DNA from: Actinomycetota bacterium
GTDB taxonomy: Bacteria; Actinomycetota; Actinomycetes; Nanopelagicales; Nanopelagicaceae
Direction: 5' to 3'
NCBI GenBank assembly: GCA_009702835.1
Contig: WLHF01000001.1
Coordinates: 10,673-74,672, forward strand
Length of the DNA: 64,000 bases
The notes under the pieces are model-generated. The model saw only the letters and a program-made list of their open reading frames with translations, was not told where the DNA came from and made no database searches. Below, one piece after another: positions 49,158 through 59,388 of this stretch (the stretch's first letter is position 1; each line of letters opens with the position of its first letter). Made by a program: the position numbers and the translations under genes.

Positions 49158-50644
49158 CACAGTGACATAATCCACTGAGTTAATAAGCGAACTCCATAAC
49201 CTGTACCACCTTTTGGATTTTCTCCTGCATCGACTTCGCTACGACCGGCGCCAGCGATATCTAAATGCAACCATCGCCGAGTACCGGCAAAATGCTCAAG
49301 GAATAGCGCCGCTGTAACAGAACCAGCAGAGTACTTGGCGTGACTGGCATCGTGATTAAAATCTGCAACATCGCTTTCCAGCGAATCTTGATAATCATCA
49401 ATAAGTGGCATTCGCCAAACACGATCTCCGGAATCTGCGCCAGCCTTTACAAACTGGGCAGCTAGCTTGTCATCACGTGTATACATTGCAGCAAACTGTC
49501 TACCAAGTCCTAAAGTTGCCGAACCTGTCAGCGTTGCAATATCGATTAAATAATCGGGACCTAAATTTATGTCGGCATATGCCAGGCCATCGGCAAGGAC
49601 TAAACGGCCCTCTGCATCGGTATTGATTACCTCAACAGTTGTTCCTCCGTAATGTTTAATCACATCGCTAGGGCGCTGGGCAGTAGCCGAGATAGCGTTT
49701 TCAGCACACATCATGAGAGCGGTAACACGCACATTGGGTTGTAACTCTTCAAGAGCCGTGAGCGTCGCAAGTATGGCTGCAGCGCCTGCCATATCTGACT
49801 TCATGGCAATCATTGATTCATATGGGCGCTTTAAAGAAACTCCTCCAGTATCAAAGGTGATTCCCTTGCCTACTAAAACAACGTGAGGGAGCGCCCTAAC
49901 TGAGTTTTTCCTATTTTTGGGGGTATATGTCACCTCAATAAAGCGTGGGCCTGGATCTGGTACGGATCCACCAACTGCGCGCAGGCCACCAAAATCTTTA
50001 AGTGCTTTGCCACTGAGAACACTTACCTTTAATCCATTTGATTTGGCGAAGGCTTGCGCTTGTGTAACCATCCACGCAGGAGTCTTAATATTAGACGGCG
50101 TATGGACCATATCGCGAGCGCGTGCAACTGCTTTCGCATAAACATGAGCAGCATTAACTACCTCCTTGTCATCACTTGCAACTAAGAATGTAGGAACATC
50201 AGCAGGTTTTCCGCTCTTTAAACTCCATAGGTATGCACCCATGGTTAGTGAGATTGCATGTGCGGCAATATCAGTTTTATTTACTGCACATGCTGAATAA
50301 ACCGTTGATTTTTTTCCTCGAACTTTACGTGCGATTGCTGTTGCAGCAATACGAAAGGCAGGAGTTGTTGCATCGCCAATAGCTGTTAAATAAATCCGAT
50401 CGGTGGCACAGTTATTTGCACTAACTGGAATTTCAAATATCTCACCAGACTTTCCAGTAGGTGAAAAAAATGAGAGCTCATCTAATAAATTGATTGCAAA
50501 ACACTGCTGAATATCTTCGATAATTGTCCCGGGACCCTTAAAAACAAAACTCTCATCACCATCGCTTAGATATGCCAGTGCAATTACATTGGCCGATGTA
50601 GCGGCGTTGAGTTTTACTGGTGCGCTGGCAAGTGTTGAAGACAT
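49157..50644 (-). CDS. pepA: Leucyl aminopeptidase (M17)
   Basis: VGKGITFDTGG, MKSDMAG, NTDAEGRLVLAD, HLDIAG. Confidence 0.93.
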   Translation of the reverse strand: MSSTLASAPVKLNAATSANVIALAYLSDGDESFVFKGPGTIIEDIQQCFAINLLDELSFFSPTGKSGEIFEIPVSANNCATDRIYLTAIGDATTPAFRIAATAIARKVRGKKSTVYSACAVNKTDIAAHAISLTMGAYLWSLKSGKPADVPTFLVASDDKEVVNAAHVYAKAVARARDMVHTPSNIKTPAWMVTQAQAFAKSNGLKVSVLSGKALKDFGGLRAVGGSVPDPGPRFIEVTYTPKNRKNSVRALPHVVLVGKGITFDTGGVSLKRPYESMIAMKSDMAGAAAILATLTALEELQPNVRVTALMMCAENAISATAQRPSDVIKHYGGTTVEVINTDAEGRLVLADGLAYADINLGPDYLIDIATLTGSATLGLGRQFAAMYTRDDKLAAQFVKAGADSGDRVWRMPLIDDYQDSLESDVADFNHDASHAKYSAGSVTAALFLEHFAGTRRWLHLDIAGAGRSEVDAGENPKGGTGYGVRLLTQWIMSL

Positions 50645-50672
50645 GCGTTGAAGGCTATCGCCTAGGAATGCT

Positions 50673-50852
50673 TTACTTCTTAACTAAAGCGACCGCGGCA
50701 TGAAGTGCGGCGCTGAGATTATTTGCTTCCTCTGGGTTCAGTTCGACCACTAGACGTCCACCGCCCTCAAGAGGGATTCGCATGACCAGGGAGCGAGCCT
50801 CTTTGGTGACCTCCATGGGACCATCACCTGTGCGTGGTTTCATGGCTGCCAT
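50673..50852 (-). CDS. DUF3117 family protein (59 aa)
   Basis: Not in track: MAAMKPRTGDGPMEVTKEARSLVMRIPLEGGGRLVVEL...; SD AGGAG. Confidence 0.92.
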   Translation of the reverse strand: MAAMKPRTGDGPMEVTKEARSLVMRIPLEGGGRLVVELNPEEANNLSAALHAAVALVKK

Positions 50853-50932
50853 GGGAAGACTCCTCTAAAAGATTGGGCGAAAATGCAAGGGGGTAAGTAT
50901 CTCGCATTTATCACGCTGGTGGGAAATCGGAT

Positions 50933-51124
50933 TTAAAGCCCCAGTAGCCCGCTTAACCGTGCCTTTCCCGTAGTGATAACTGCATCCACGGCGCGAACGG
51001 GTACCGATAAGAGCTCGGCGATCTCGACCGAGGACATAGATCGCAGATAGTGCATGGTCAAGATGAAGCGCTCTTCTTCAGGCAGGGATGCCAACACCTC
51101 TGCCAAAGTTGTGGGCGCACTCAT
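50933..51124 (-). CDS. Stand-alone sigma-70 region 4 HTH protein (63 aa)
   Basis: LASLPEEERFILTMHY...MSSVEIAELLSVPVRAV...GKARL; TAGCCT 6 nt before ATG. Confidence 0.75.
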   Translation of the reverse strand: MSAPTTLAEVLASLPEEERFILTMHYLRSMSSVEIAELLSVPVRAVDAVITTGKARLSGLLGL

Positions 51125-51181
51125 GGCATAAGGCTATCGCTGGATGGATGGAGCTTGCTTGAAGCCTTGGGCCCGTTGTAT

Positions 51182-51607
51182 TTATCGAAATGATCGAGCA
51201 AAGCGCGCCAGTGAGAGGCGCACACCGAGATAGAGCCCGGGTGAGATGAAAATGAAAACCGCCCGTGGGGCGAGAACTTCCTCTGACCAATCAAATCGTG
51301 TCTGGCCTTGGTTTATCTGATGTAACTCAAAACGTCCACTGCCTTTAATGATTGGCCCCGTATGGATCACATCACACTTATACGGCGGAGCCCATGCACT
51401 TACTTGCATTGTGTCGAGTATTCCAAATGATTTAATGCCAGTGAAGGCGCTGATACAGGTACCAATACCATCACGTGTCTGTGATGTCACCCAGACCTTT
51501 GTCTGTAACATCCACTCGCCCTGTTTCTCCCAATCGACAAGTAAATCCCAAACCTCTTTAACCGGTGCATCGATAGTGAGCGAAATTGCAATGTGGTTAC
51601 TTCTCAT
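51182..51607 (-). CDS. SRPBCC family protein
   Basis: IDAPVKEVWDLLVDWE...WAPP...G.F...TRFDWSEE. Confidence 0.85.
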   Translation of the reverse strand: MRSNHIAISLTIDAPVKEVWDLLVDWEKQGEWMLQTKVWVTSQTRDGIGTCISAFTGIKSFGILDTMQVSAWAPPYKCDVIHTGPIIKGSGRFELHQINQGQTRFDWSEEVLAPRAVFIFISPGLYLGVRLSLARFARSFR

Positions 51608-52137
51608 TGCCCACATGCCGCAAGTGCATCCTCGATAGTTGTGGTCCATGAGATTAAATCACGCATTCCTGGTTTAATGAAATTTTCAGACTCTAAATGG
51701 AGAACCAATTCATGGAGTGGATCATAGATTCCAAATGGATCGAGAATAACAACTGGCTTATTGTGAAATTTTAAATAACGTCCAACCCAAATTTCAAAGA
51801 ACTCCTCAAGAGTGCCGGCACCTCCAGGCAAGGTAATAAAGGCATCGGAGATATCTGTAATCATCGCTTTGCGCTCACCCATTGTTTCTACGACATGGAG
51901 CTCGTCATTGTCATGATCTGCAAACTCAATATCTACGAGAGCTTGTGGAATCACTCCAACGGTTCGACCATTGGCTGCACGCGCACCACGTGATACAGCG
52001 CCCATCATTGAAATATGGCCACCACCTGTAACAAGCTCCCAGGAAGCAGAGCCGATACCTTCGCCTAATTGATAGGCAAGATCTACATACTTTGGGTCGA
52101 TAGTTGGTGAGGATGAGCAAAAGACAGCGATACGCAT
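51604..52137 (-). CDS. LOG family (TIGR00730) nucleotide phosphoribohydrolase
   Basis: IAVFCSS, TGGG..SMMG, ERK, LPGGAGTLEE. Confidence 0.9.
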   Translation of the reverse strand: MRIAVFCSSSPTIDPKYVDLAYQLGEGIGSASWELVTGGGHISMMGAVSRGARAANGRTVGVIPQALVDIEFADHDNDELHVVETMGERKAMITDISDAFITLPGGAGTLEEFFEIWVGRYLKFHNKPVVILDPFGIYDPLHELVLHLESENFIKPGMRDLISWTTTIEDALAACGQ

Positions 52138-52167
52138 GTGAGAAAGAATAGGGGTTAGGCTTAGCAC

Positions 52168-53085
52168 ATGAAGACCATTGCATCTGGCCACGCAATTACC
52201 ACGATGTCAGGTGGCATCCTTCTTGATGCTTGGTTTCCAGCACCAACCTTAACCGCTCTAAGCTCTACAATTCCGAGCGAACTCAACGCCCTAGTGGGAA
52301 CTGATAGTGCGCGCGGAGTAAGCCGCGAAATCGCAAGTATTGAGATCGATATTTCAACTGCTCCAACTTCGGCACTCGATGCATACCTACGTTTACATCT
52401 CTTATCACATCGATTAATAAAGCCACACGGAGCAAATCTTGATGGCATCTTTGGGCTACTTACCAATGTTGTATGGACATCGGCTGGCCCATGTGCAGTT
52501 GAGAATTTCGAACTCACACGTGCACGATTGAAGGCAGCACATGGTCATGTCACTGTTTTCTCAATCGATAAGTTTCCCCGAATGGTCGATTACGTAGTTC
52601 CAAGTGGAGTGCGCATCGCAGATGCCGATCGTGTCCGCTTAGGTGCTCACTTAGCACAAGGCACAACAATCATGCATGAAGGCTTCGTTAACTTTAACGC
52701 CGGAACCTTGGGCACTTCGATGGTCGAGGGACGTATATCTGCCGGTGTAGTTGTTGGAGATGGTAGCGACATTGGTGGCGGTGCATCAATCATGGGCACA
52801 TTGAGTGGCGGAGGAAAACAAGTTATCTCAATCGGTGAAAAAACCCTGCTTGGTGCAAACTCTGGATGTGGGATCTCCCTTGGAGATAACTGCGTCATTG
52901 AAGCTGGAACATATATAACTGCGGCATCAAAGCTTCGTCTGCCTGATGGTGAGATCGTAAAGGCTGCAACGCTTTCGGGTGCTCATAATCTATTGTTCCG
53001 TCGCAACTCCCTAGATGGCGCACTTGAAGTAGTAAGTCGTACTGGTACATGGGGTGGACTTAACTCAATTCTGCACGCTAACTAA
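52168..53085 (+). CDS. dapD: Tetrahydrodipicolinate N-succinyltransferase
   Basis: YLRLHLLSHRL, DKFPRMVDYV, RVRLGAHLA, MVEGRIS, LFRRNS. Confidence 0.95.
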   Translation: MKTIASGHAITTMSGGILLDAWFPAPTLTALSSTIPSELNALVGTDSARGVSREIASIEIDISTAPTSALDAYLRLHLLSHRLIKPHGANLDGIFGLLTNVVWTSAGPCAVENFELTRARLKAAHGHVTVFSIDKFPRMVDYVVPSGVRIADADRVRLGAHLAQGTTIMHEGFVNFNAGTLGTSMVEGRISAGVVVGDGSDIGGGASIMGTLSGGGKQVISIGEKTLLGANSGCGISLGDNCVIEAGTYITAASKLRLPDGEIVKAATLSGAHNLLFRRNSLDGALEVVSRTGTWGGLNSILHAN

Positions 53086-54306
53086 ATCAAAGTATGCAGA
53101 TGGGATCTTTGTCCGACTTCTAAATGTTTCACCACGAATCGTAAACTGCACTCCAGTACTGGATGTGGCACGGATCTGACCTACCGTTCCACTCTCATTG
53201 CGTGAGAGTACTTCTAGTGCTACAACATCGGGCAGTAAAAATGCAGCGGCAATGACTGACTGCGCAACCGTGCGATCCCATGTAACAAATCGTGGATTCA
53301 GAGCCATTTCTAAACTCCCAGGATCATCAACAATCTGCGTATACGCTTTTGCGCTACCCCAAGCATTCAGCGCGAGCTCTGTTTTGCCCCCCGAAGATGA
53401 GAAGAAGTAGGCGGTAATTGGTAGGCCTGCCTGCGTGATTACTAATCCTGCGGTTTCTATGACGCTCTGTTTCCACACGAGGCCGTATTTGAACTCCAAC
53501 TCTTTGGCATGGCCTAAAAACAGCTGATCTGAAATCTCACCATATAGGTCACAATCACAAGCGGCTCTGTAAATTCCCGCTTTGCTGAGCGCATACGTGC
53601 GTGATGCAATCGCTTGCGCCTGTAGTGCAGCTAAGGGCCAATAAGAAGGCATCTCACTTACTCCCCATAGATACTCATCACCAAGGCGCACTGAATTTGT
53701 GAGCTCTAAGCGATATCCCAGTACCGCATCTTTTACTGCGCGTATCTGCATCTGCCCATAACGATACTTTCTTGTTGTTCCATTGTGATTAATCGAGATT
53801 AGGGCATCGATTCCAGGTAAATATCTAGTACCACTCCAGCGAACTGTGAAGTTACGGCTCTTAGTAAAACTCGTTATCTTCTTACCTATGCTCACACTTG
53901 GCACAACGCTGGCACCTAAAACTGAGAGATTTAATGATGCCTTACTTGAAAGCACTGTGATTGGAACTGCATCCACTTGATCACCGATGTCACCACTAAA
54001 GAGTTGGACAAGTCCACCGTCAGTATTTGTTGAAATCTTTGCACTCGTGAGCAAGTGACCGATATTTACTCGCAAGATCTTTGAATCAACCACTGGTTCA
54101 ATCGCAACATCTTTATAAAAATATTTAAGAATCTCCTCTGATGTGCGGCCAGCTAGCGCCATAGACCTGGCACCCATCTGAGACATGCCAACTCCATGAC
54201 CATAACCTGATCCAAGGAATGAAAAGGTTGACGGGATATCTATCGCCGATGCAGGAGTTGTACAAAATGAAAAGAGAAGAAGAAGTGCAAGAAGTTTTCT
54301 AAACAT
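53065..54306 (-). CDS. Secreted SpoIID/LytB domain protein
   Basis: Signal peptide; GYGHGVGMSQ; YLWGVSEMP...AQAIASRTYA; SSSGGKT. Confidence 0.88.
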   Translation of the reverse strand: MFRKLLALLLLFSFCTTPASAIDIPSTFSFLGSGYGHGVGMSQMGARSMALAGRTSEEILKYFYKDVAIEPVVDSKILRVNIGHLLTSAKISTNTDGGLVQLFSGDIGDQVDAVPITVLSSKASLNLSVLGASVVPSVSIGKKITSFTKSRNFTVRWSGTRYLPGIDALISINHNGTTRKYRYGQMQIRAVKDAVLGYRLELTNSVRLGDEYLWGVSEMPSYWPLAALQAQAIASRTYALSKAGIYRAACDCDLYGEISDQLFLGHAKELEFKYGLVWKQSVIETAGLVITQAGLPITAYFFSSSGGKTELALNAWGSAKAYTQIVDDPGSLEMALNPRFVTWDRTVAQSVIAAAFLLPDVVALEVLSRNESGTVGQIRATSSTGVQFTIRGETFRSRTKIPSAYFDLVSVQN

Positions 54307-55102
54307 CCTCATCGATGGCTGCACTCTTTCCGACCTGTAAAAACTCTTGGTATGCATCAATCGTCGCATCGGGGGCGCCGCGTTGGACCAACTTGCCCTT
54401 GTGTAACCATGCAACGTCGTTGCATACATCGCGCAGAGTGGCCATTGCATGGCTGACAAGAATCAAGGCTCGATCATCACTGCGCAGCTCTTTGATGCGG
54501 TTAAGTGACTTCTCTTTAAAATGTGCATCTCCCGTGCTCAGTGCCTCATCGACGATCAAGATATCTGGGCGCACAGTAGCTGCGACTGAAAATGCAAGGC
54601 GCGAGAACATTCCCGATGAATATGTGCGCATCGGAGCATCGATCGCCTCTCCTAGTTCAGAAAAATCGGCAATCTCTTGAAAATGGCTTTCGATCTCATC
54701 GCGCGACATGCCTGCAGCTAATCCGCCAAGAAATACATTGTCGCGACCAGACATCGATGGATTAAAGCCAACGCCTAAAGCCAGCAATGTGCTGACGCTG
54801 CCAAAGACTTCTATGCGACCTTGTGAGGGAGGAATAATTCCGGCGATAACGCGCATCATTGAGGATTTGCCAGCACCATTTGTTCCAATAACACCTAAAA
54901 CTTGGCCATATTCGACATCGAGATTTACATTATCGAGAGCTCGAATCACGCGCGTATGTTTTGATCCACGTCCTAAAGATTTAACACGTGCCTTTAACGT
55001 GGGTCTTCGATCGATGGCAGTTGTGTATGTAAGACCTAGACCGCGAACTGAAACTGCAATCTCATTGGTCTTGTGCGCATTAGAGACGGACGGCAAATTC
55101 AC
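54299..55102 (-). CDS. Polysaccharide/teichoic-acid export ABC ATPase (Wzt/TagH-like)
   Basis: GTNGAGKS, YSSGM, IVDEALSTGD, VSH; start uncertain. Confidence 0.9.
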   Translation of the reverse strand: MNLPSVSNAHKTNEIAVSVRGLGLTYTTAIDRRPTLKARVKSLGRGSKHTRVIRALDNVNLDVEYGQVLGVIGTNGAGKSSMMRVIAGIIPPSQGRIEVFGSVSTLLALGVGFNPSMSGRDNVFLGGLAAGMSRDEIESHFQEIADFSELGEAIDAPMRTYSSGMFSRLAFSVAATVRPDILIVDEALSTGDAHFKEKSLNRIKELRSDDRALILVSHAMATLRDVCNDVAWLHKGKLVQRGAPDATIDAYQEFLQVGKSAAIDEDV

Positions 55103-55907
55103 GCTCCCTTGAAAGGAAGAAATAAGTACCAATTAAAAATACTCCGATCGCCCATGCCAAGCCCGCTAGCAAACTAGAAGTGTGTGGGGCCTGCCCATGT
55201 ACTACTGCGCGAGACCAACTATCGAGAATTGGAAAGAGTGGATTGAGAACTTCTATCGCCTTTAGCTGTGGCTTGAGCGAGGATGCCTCGTAGAGAATCG
55301 GCGAAAGATATAGAAGTGTACGAGTTAAGTAAGGCAGGAAGCTGGCGATATCGCGGAAGTAGACATTGATGCACGAGATTGTGATCGCAAGACCCAGTGC
55401 AAGTAACATGGCAATCAGTAGGACTGGAAAAGCCCAGAGCATCTGCCAAGAAAAGGGAAGACCCAAAACGCTCCGGATAATTACAAAGATCACGAGTGTC
55501 GGAAGAAACTTAAATACTGCGATAACAACTGCAGAGATTGGAAGCATAATTCTTGGAAATGCAGTGTTAAGAATGAGACGCTGGCCAGCGGTAATTGATT
55601 TAACCCCACCTGTCAGTGAGTTTGCAATAAGATAAAATAGAAATAGCGTCGCCGTTAGATGGGCATAGCGGGTGCTATCTGATGAGCCCCCAATAATGAT
55701 GATTAAGAGGAAATACACGGCTGAGAGCAGTAGTGGATTAAGTACTAGCCATAGTTGGCCAAAGGCTGAGTCAAAGTGTTGTTCGCGCAGTTCTGAGCGC
55801 GAGTACTCGGAGATGAATGTTCGACGCGACCAGAGTGATTTCCAGTATTGAATTAAAGGTGGCAGACCCGCCTTAAATGGCTCGTAGACCTGCAAAGGTG
55901 CGCTCAC
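55080..55907 (-). CDS. Polysaccharide export ABC permease (Wzm/TagG-like)
   Basis: GQLWLVLNPLL, FRD, YLSPILY, NPL. Confidence 0.9.
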   Translation of the reverse strand: MSAPLQVYEPFKAGLPPLIQYWKSLWSRRTFISEYSRSELREQHFDSAFGQLWLVLNPLLLSAVYFLLIIIIGGSSDSTRYAHLTATLFLFYLIANSLTGGVKSITAGQRLILNTAFPRIMLPISAVVIAVFKFLPTLVIFVIIRSVLGLPFSWQMLWAFPVLLIAMLLALGLAITISCINVYFRDIASFLPYLTRTLLYLSPILYEASSLKPQLKAIEVLNPLFPILDSWSRAVVHGQAPHTSSLLAGLAWAIGVFLIGTYFFLSREREFAVRL

Positions 55908-55922
55908 GGTCGTAAGGCTACC

Positions 55923-56915
55923 TTACGGTGCAAGCGACTTAGGCGAAGTAAGGAAGCCCGTCCCCCAACACATATGCATAGTCAGAAGAACGAGCGGTAA
56001 AGAGATGATTTCACCCAGAGATTTTCCGATCACAATCGATGCCAGCAGAATAAAGAGTGCATAGACAAGGGCTGGAAGAAGGAAGATTGTCGATATGAAA
56101 GTACCAAGAATTATTGATAGCGTCGATACTAAAACTGTAAAAGGTGGCGCTAAATATCTGTAGTTAATTGTTCCTTCATGGCGACGTGAAACTACACGTC
56201 GCCAGCGGCCATAATCAAAGTATTGACGTGCAAGTGCGCTCACTGTTGAACGGGGACGATAGGTAACAACTAAGCGGGGATCAAAGTAGATGAGACCGCC
56301 TACAGAACGCAGACGAAAATTTAACTCCCAATCCTGTGCGCGAATAAAGCGTTCATCAAAACCACCAACTGCAAGTAGGGCCTCTTTTCTAAAGGCTCCT
56401 AAATAAACAGTATCGACGGCGCCTGCCATTCCACCTGTATGAAAGCGTGAGGCCCCAACTCCAAGTGGACTGCGCATCGCACGTGCAACTGCCCGCTCAA
56501 ATACACTCTTGCCAATCGCGGCCATGACACCGCCAACATTAACGGCGCCACTCTGCGTAAGAATCTCTAGAACTAAAGACAAGTAGTTCTGCGGAATCTC
56601 TGAGTGGCCATCGACGCGCACAATATTTAAATACTGCGAACTCTTAACTGCAAGATTCAATCCCGCGGCAGTGCGGCCTGTAGGATTTTCAACAATAACT
56701 ACTCGTGAATCTGCCTGTGCCAGAGTGCGCGCAATAGCCTCAGTTCCATCTGAAGATGGCCCAATCGCTAAAACTACTTCGAATAGACCCTGAAAATCCT
56801 GTGACAAGATTGCGCGCACAGAGTCGGCTAAGTGCGCAGCCTCATTGCGCACAGGAAGAATTACTGAGATTTCACGCTTCGGTGAGCCATATAACTCATT
56901 TGCTGATGTCGCCAT
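55923..56915 (-). CDS. Glycosyltransferase family 2 (ExoA-like)
   Basis: SVILPVRNE, RVDGH, GGFDERFIRAQDWELN; C-terminal TMs. Confidence 0.9.
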   Translation of the reverse strand: MATSANELYGSPKREISVILPVRNEAAHLADSVRAILSQDFQGLFEVVLAIGPSSDGTEAIARTLAQADSRVVIVENPTGRTAAGLNLAVKSSQYLNIVRVDGHSEIPQNYLSLVLEILTQSGAVNVGGVMAAIGKSVFERAVARAMRSPLGVGASRFHTGGMAGAVDTVYLGAFRKEALLAVGGFDERFIRAQDWELNFRLRSVGGLIYFDPRLVVTYRPRSTVSALARQYFDYGRWRRVVSRRHEGTINYRYLAPPFTVLVSTLSIILGTFISTIFLLPALVYALFILLASIVIGKSLGEIISLPLVLLTMHMCWGTGFLTSPKSLAP

Positions 56916-56951
56916 AACCCCACCACCGTATCGCTGAAGTAGTCTTCGCCT

Positions 56952-58067
56952 GTGAAAGCGACGCGACCTATTCGGATTATTACCTCACTCTCCCTCGCCG
57001 TCGTTGCGATCTCGACCATTGCATGGCTGGGTCTAGGTCAGGTCAGCGGGGCAATAGAGCGCATAGATGTCTTTAGCTCACTTGGTAAGCGCCCTGATAA
57101 ACCATCGACTGCTCTTAACTATTTACTTGTTGGCTCTGATACTCGCGAAGGTCTAACAAGAGAGCAGTCCAAACTCTTACGTGTTGGAACAACTAAGGCC
57201 GCCGCCGGTGCACGCTCTGACACCATGCTTTTAGTACACATCAGCAAATCCCGCGATAAGGCAACGATTATTTCGATCCCGCGTGACTCGCTCGTAATCA
57301 TTCCTGAACACAAATCCTCGGTTTATAAAGATCGAACCGTTACCGCCGCTAATGGCAAAATTAACTCTGCCTTTGCCTGGGGTGGTGCACCGCTGCTTAT
57401 TCAAACTATTGAAAATGAAACCGGTGTTCGCATCGATCATTATGTTGAAATCGGCTTTGCAGGATTTGCCGGAATGGTTGATTCACTTGGTGGAATCGAT
57501 GTCTGTTCCAAAAAAGACATCAATGACCCCAATAGCCATCTAGTGATGAGTGCAGGTGTGCATACCCTCGATGGAATTGAGGCACTTAAGTACGTGCGTA
57601 CTCGTGACTTTGATGGAATGGGTGACTTGGGCCGTATGCAACGTCAGCAACAGTTCATGAGTGCTGTGCTGCGCAAAGTTACGAGCACTGGCGTACTGCT
57701 CAATCCTGTTAAGTTAGTGAGCTTCTTTAACGCTGCAATAGCAACGGTCAAAACCGATTCGCAGCTCGATAGTAGTGATCTAATCACTCTTGCTAAACAG
57801 CTAAAGAATCTCTCTGCGAGCAAGGTTCGCACTCTCACAATTCCACTGGGTAATGCCAATGCTCGCGTGCCCGGACTTGGTTCAGTTGTTATATGGGACA
57901 AGGTTTTAGCCCGCGATCTATTTAATCGTCTACGTGAAGATTTACCTCTGGTTGATGAGCTCACTCCTTCACCATCGGCATCATCTAGCGCCTCTGCCAC
58001 ACCGACAATCGTCGATAAATTCAAGACGCGAACAGCCGATGAAAATCCATGCGGAGCGCTGAAGTAA
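56952..58067 (+). CDS. LCP (LytR-CpsA-Psr) glycopolymer ligase
   Basis: LLVGSDTR, RSDTML, SIPRD, KINSA, DLGRMQRQQ. Confidence 0.93.
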   Translation: MKATRPIRIITSLSLAVVAISTIAWLGLGQVSGAIERIDVFSSLGKRPDKPSTALNYLLVGSDTREGLTREQSKLLRVGTTKAAAGARSDTMLLVHISKSRDKATIISIPRDSLVIIPEHKSSVYKDRTVTAANGKINSAFAWGGAPLLIQTIENETGVRIDHYVEIGFAGFAGMVDSLGGIDVCSKKDINDPNSHLVMSAGVHTLDGIEALKYVRTRDFDGMGDLGRMQRQQQFMSAVLRKVTSTGVLLNPVKLVSFFNAAIATVKTDSQLDSSDLITLAKQLKNLSASKVRTLTIPLGNANARVPGLGSVVIWDKVLARDLFNRLREDLPLVDELTPSPSASSSASATPTIVDKFKTRTADENPCGALK

Positions 58068-58077
58068 ACTCATGTCC

Positions 58078-59388
58078 ATGAAATCAAAGCTCTCGGTTAT
58101 TGGCTGCGGATATTTAGGTGCAACACATGCAGCCTGTATGTCATCCCTTGGTTTCACCGTAATTGGAGTTGATACAGATCCAGTCAAGGTTGCGATGCTC
58201 TCGCGCGGCGAGCTCCCTTTTTATGAACCGGGTCTAGATACGTTATTAGCCCAAGAGATTAAAACCGGCCGCTTAACATTTACAACTGATTTTTCTGCTA
58301 TAGCCGATGCCGACATTCACTTTGTCTGTGTTGGTACGCCCCAGAGCAAAGATGGATTAGCCGCTGATCTGACCTACGTGAAATCGGCAGTAGCTGCAAT
58401 TGCACCTCATTTAAAAGAGGGTGCACTCGTAGTTGGAAAATCAACGGTCCCAGTTGGTACGGCACAATCTCTACGCGAACAGCTTGCACAGATAGCGCCA
58501 CATGCCGACCTTGCATGGAATCCAGAGTTTCTGCGTGAGGGCTTTGCCGTTGAAGATACATTGACACCTAACCGCCTTGTCGTTGGTGTTGCTAATGATC
58601 GCGCCGAGCAGATTCTCAAAGATGTCTATGCACCTATCCTCGCCCTTGGTACTCCTTGGATTCGCGCCGATCTTCCAACTGCCGAACTCGTTAAGGTAGC
58701 TGCGAACTCATTTCTTGCAACAAAGATTTCATTTATTAATGCAATGGCTGAAGTTTGCGAAGCCGCTGGCGGAGATGTCACTGTCCTTGCTAAGGCAATC
58801 GGTTATGACCCACGTATCGGTAGCCGCTTCTTACAGGCAGGAATTGGTTTCGGTGGTGGCTGTTTGCCTAAAGATATCCGTGCATTTATGGCGCGTGCCG
58901 AAGAGCTTGGTGCCAAGCAGGCACTTGAATTCTTGCGAGAGATTGATGCAATTAATCTACGTGCCCGCCAACGAGTGATCGATGTTGTGCGCAGTGATTT
59001 ATCGGAGGATTTAACGCAGTACACAATCGCAGTGCTAGGCGCAACCTTTAAGCCAGATAGTGATGATGTGCGCGACTCCCCTGCACTCGATATCGCCGTG
59101 CAGTTACACGCTGCCGGTGCCACTGTTGTTGTGCACGATCCCAAAGGTATTGAGCCCGCCCGAAAGCGCTTCCCTACTCTCACCTTTGCCGAATCTGTGA
59201 GCGATTGCGTAAAAGGTGCTGATTTAATTCTGCACTTAACTGAGTGGAAAGAGTACCGAGCCCTCGATCCTTTAGTAATCGGAAAATTAGTTAAAAACAA
59301 GATGATTATCGATGGACGCAACGCCCTCGATCGCGATCTATGGCGAAGCGCAGGTTGGAAATTCCATGCATTAGGACGCAGCGATTAA
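58078..59388 (+). CDS. ugd: UDP-glucose/GDP-mannose 6-dehydrogenase
   Basis: VIGCGYLG, CVGTP, KSTVPVGT, NPEFLREG, GFGGGCLPKD, FKPDSDDVRDSP. Confidence 0.93.
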   Translation: MKSKLSVIGCGYLGATHAACMSSLGFTVIGVDTDPVKVAMLSRGELPFYEPGLDTLLAQEIKTGRLTFTTDFSAIADADIHFVCVGTPQSKDGLAADLTYVKSAVAAIAPHLKEGALVVGKSTVPVGTAQSLREQLAQIAPHADLAWNPEFLREGFAVEDTLTPNRLVVGVANDRAEQILKDVYAPILALGTPWIRADLPTAELVKVAANSFLATKISFINAMAEVCEAAGGDVTVLAKAIGYDPRIGSRFLQAGIGFGGGCLPKDIRAFMARAEELGAKQALEFLREIDAINLRARQRVIDVVRSDLSEDLTQYTIAVLGATFKPDSDDVRDSPALDIAVQLHAAGATVVVHDPKGIEPARKRFPTLTFAESVSDCVKGADLILHLTEWKEYRALDPLVIGKLVKNKMIIDGRNALDRDLWRSAGWKFHALGRSD

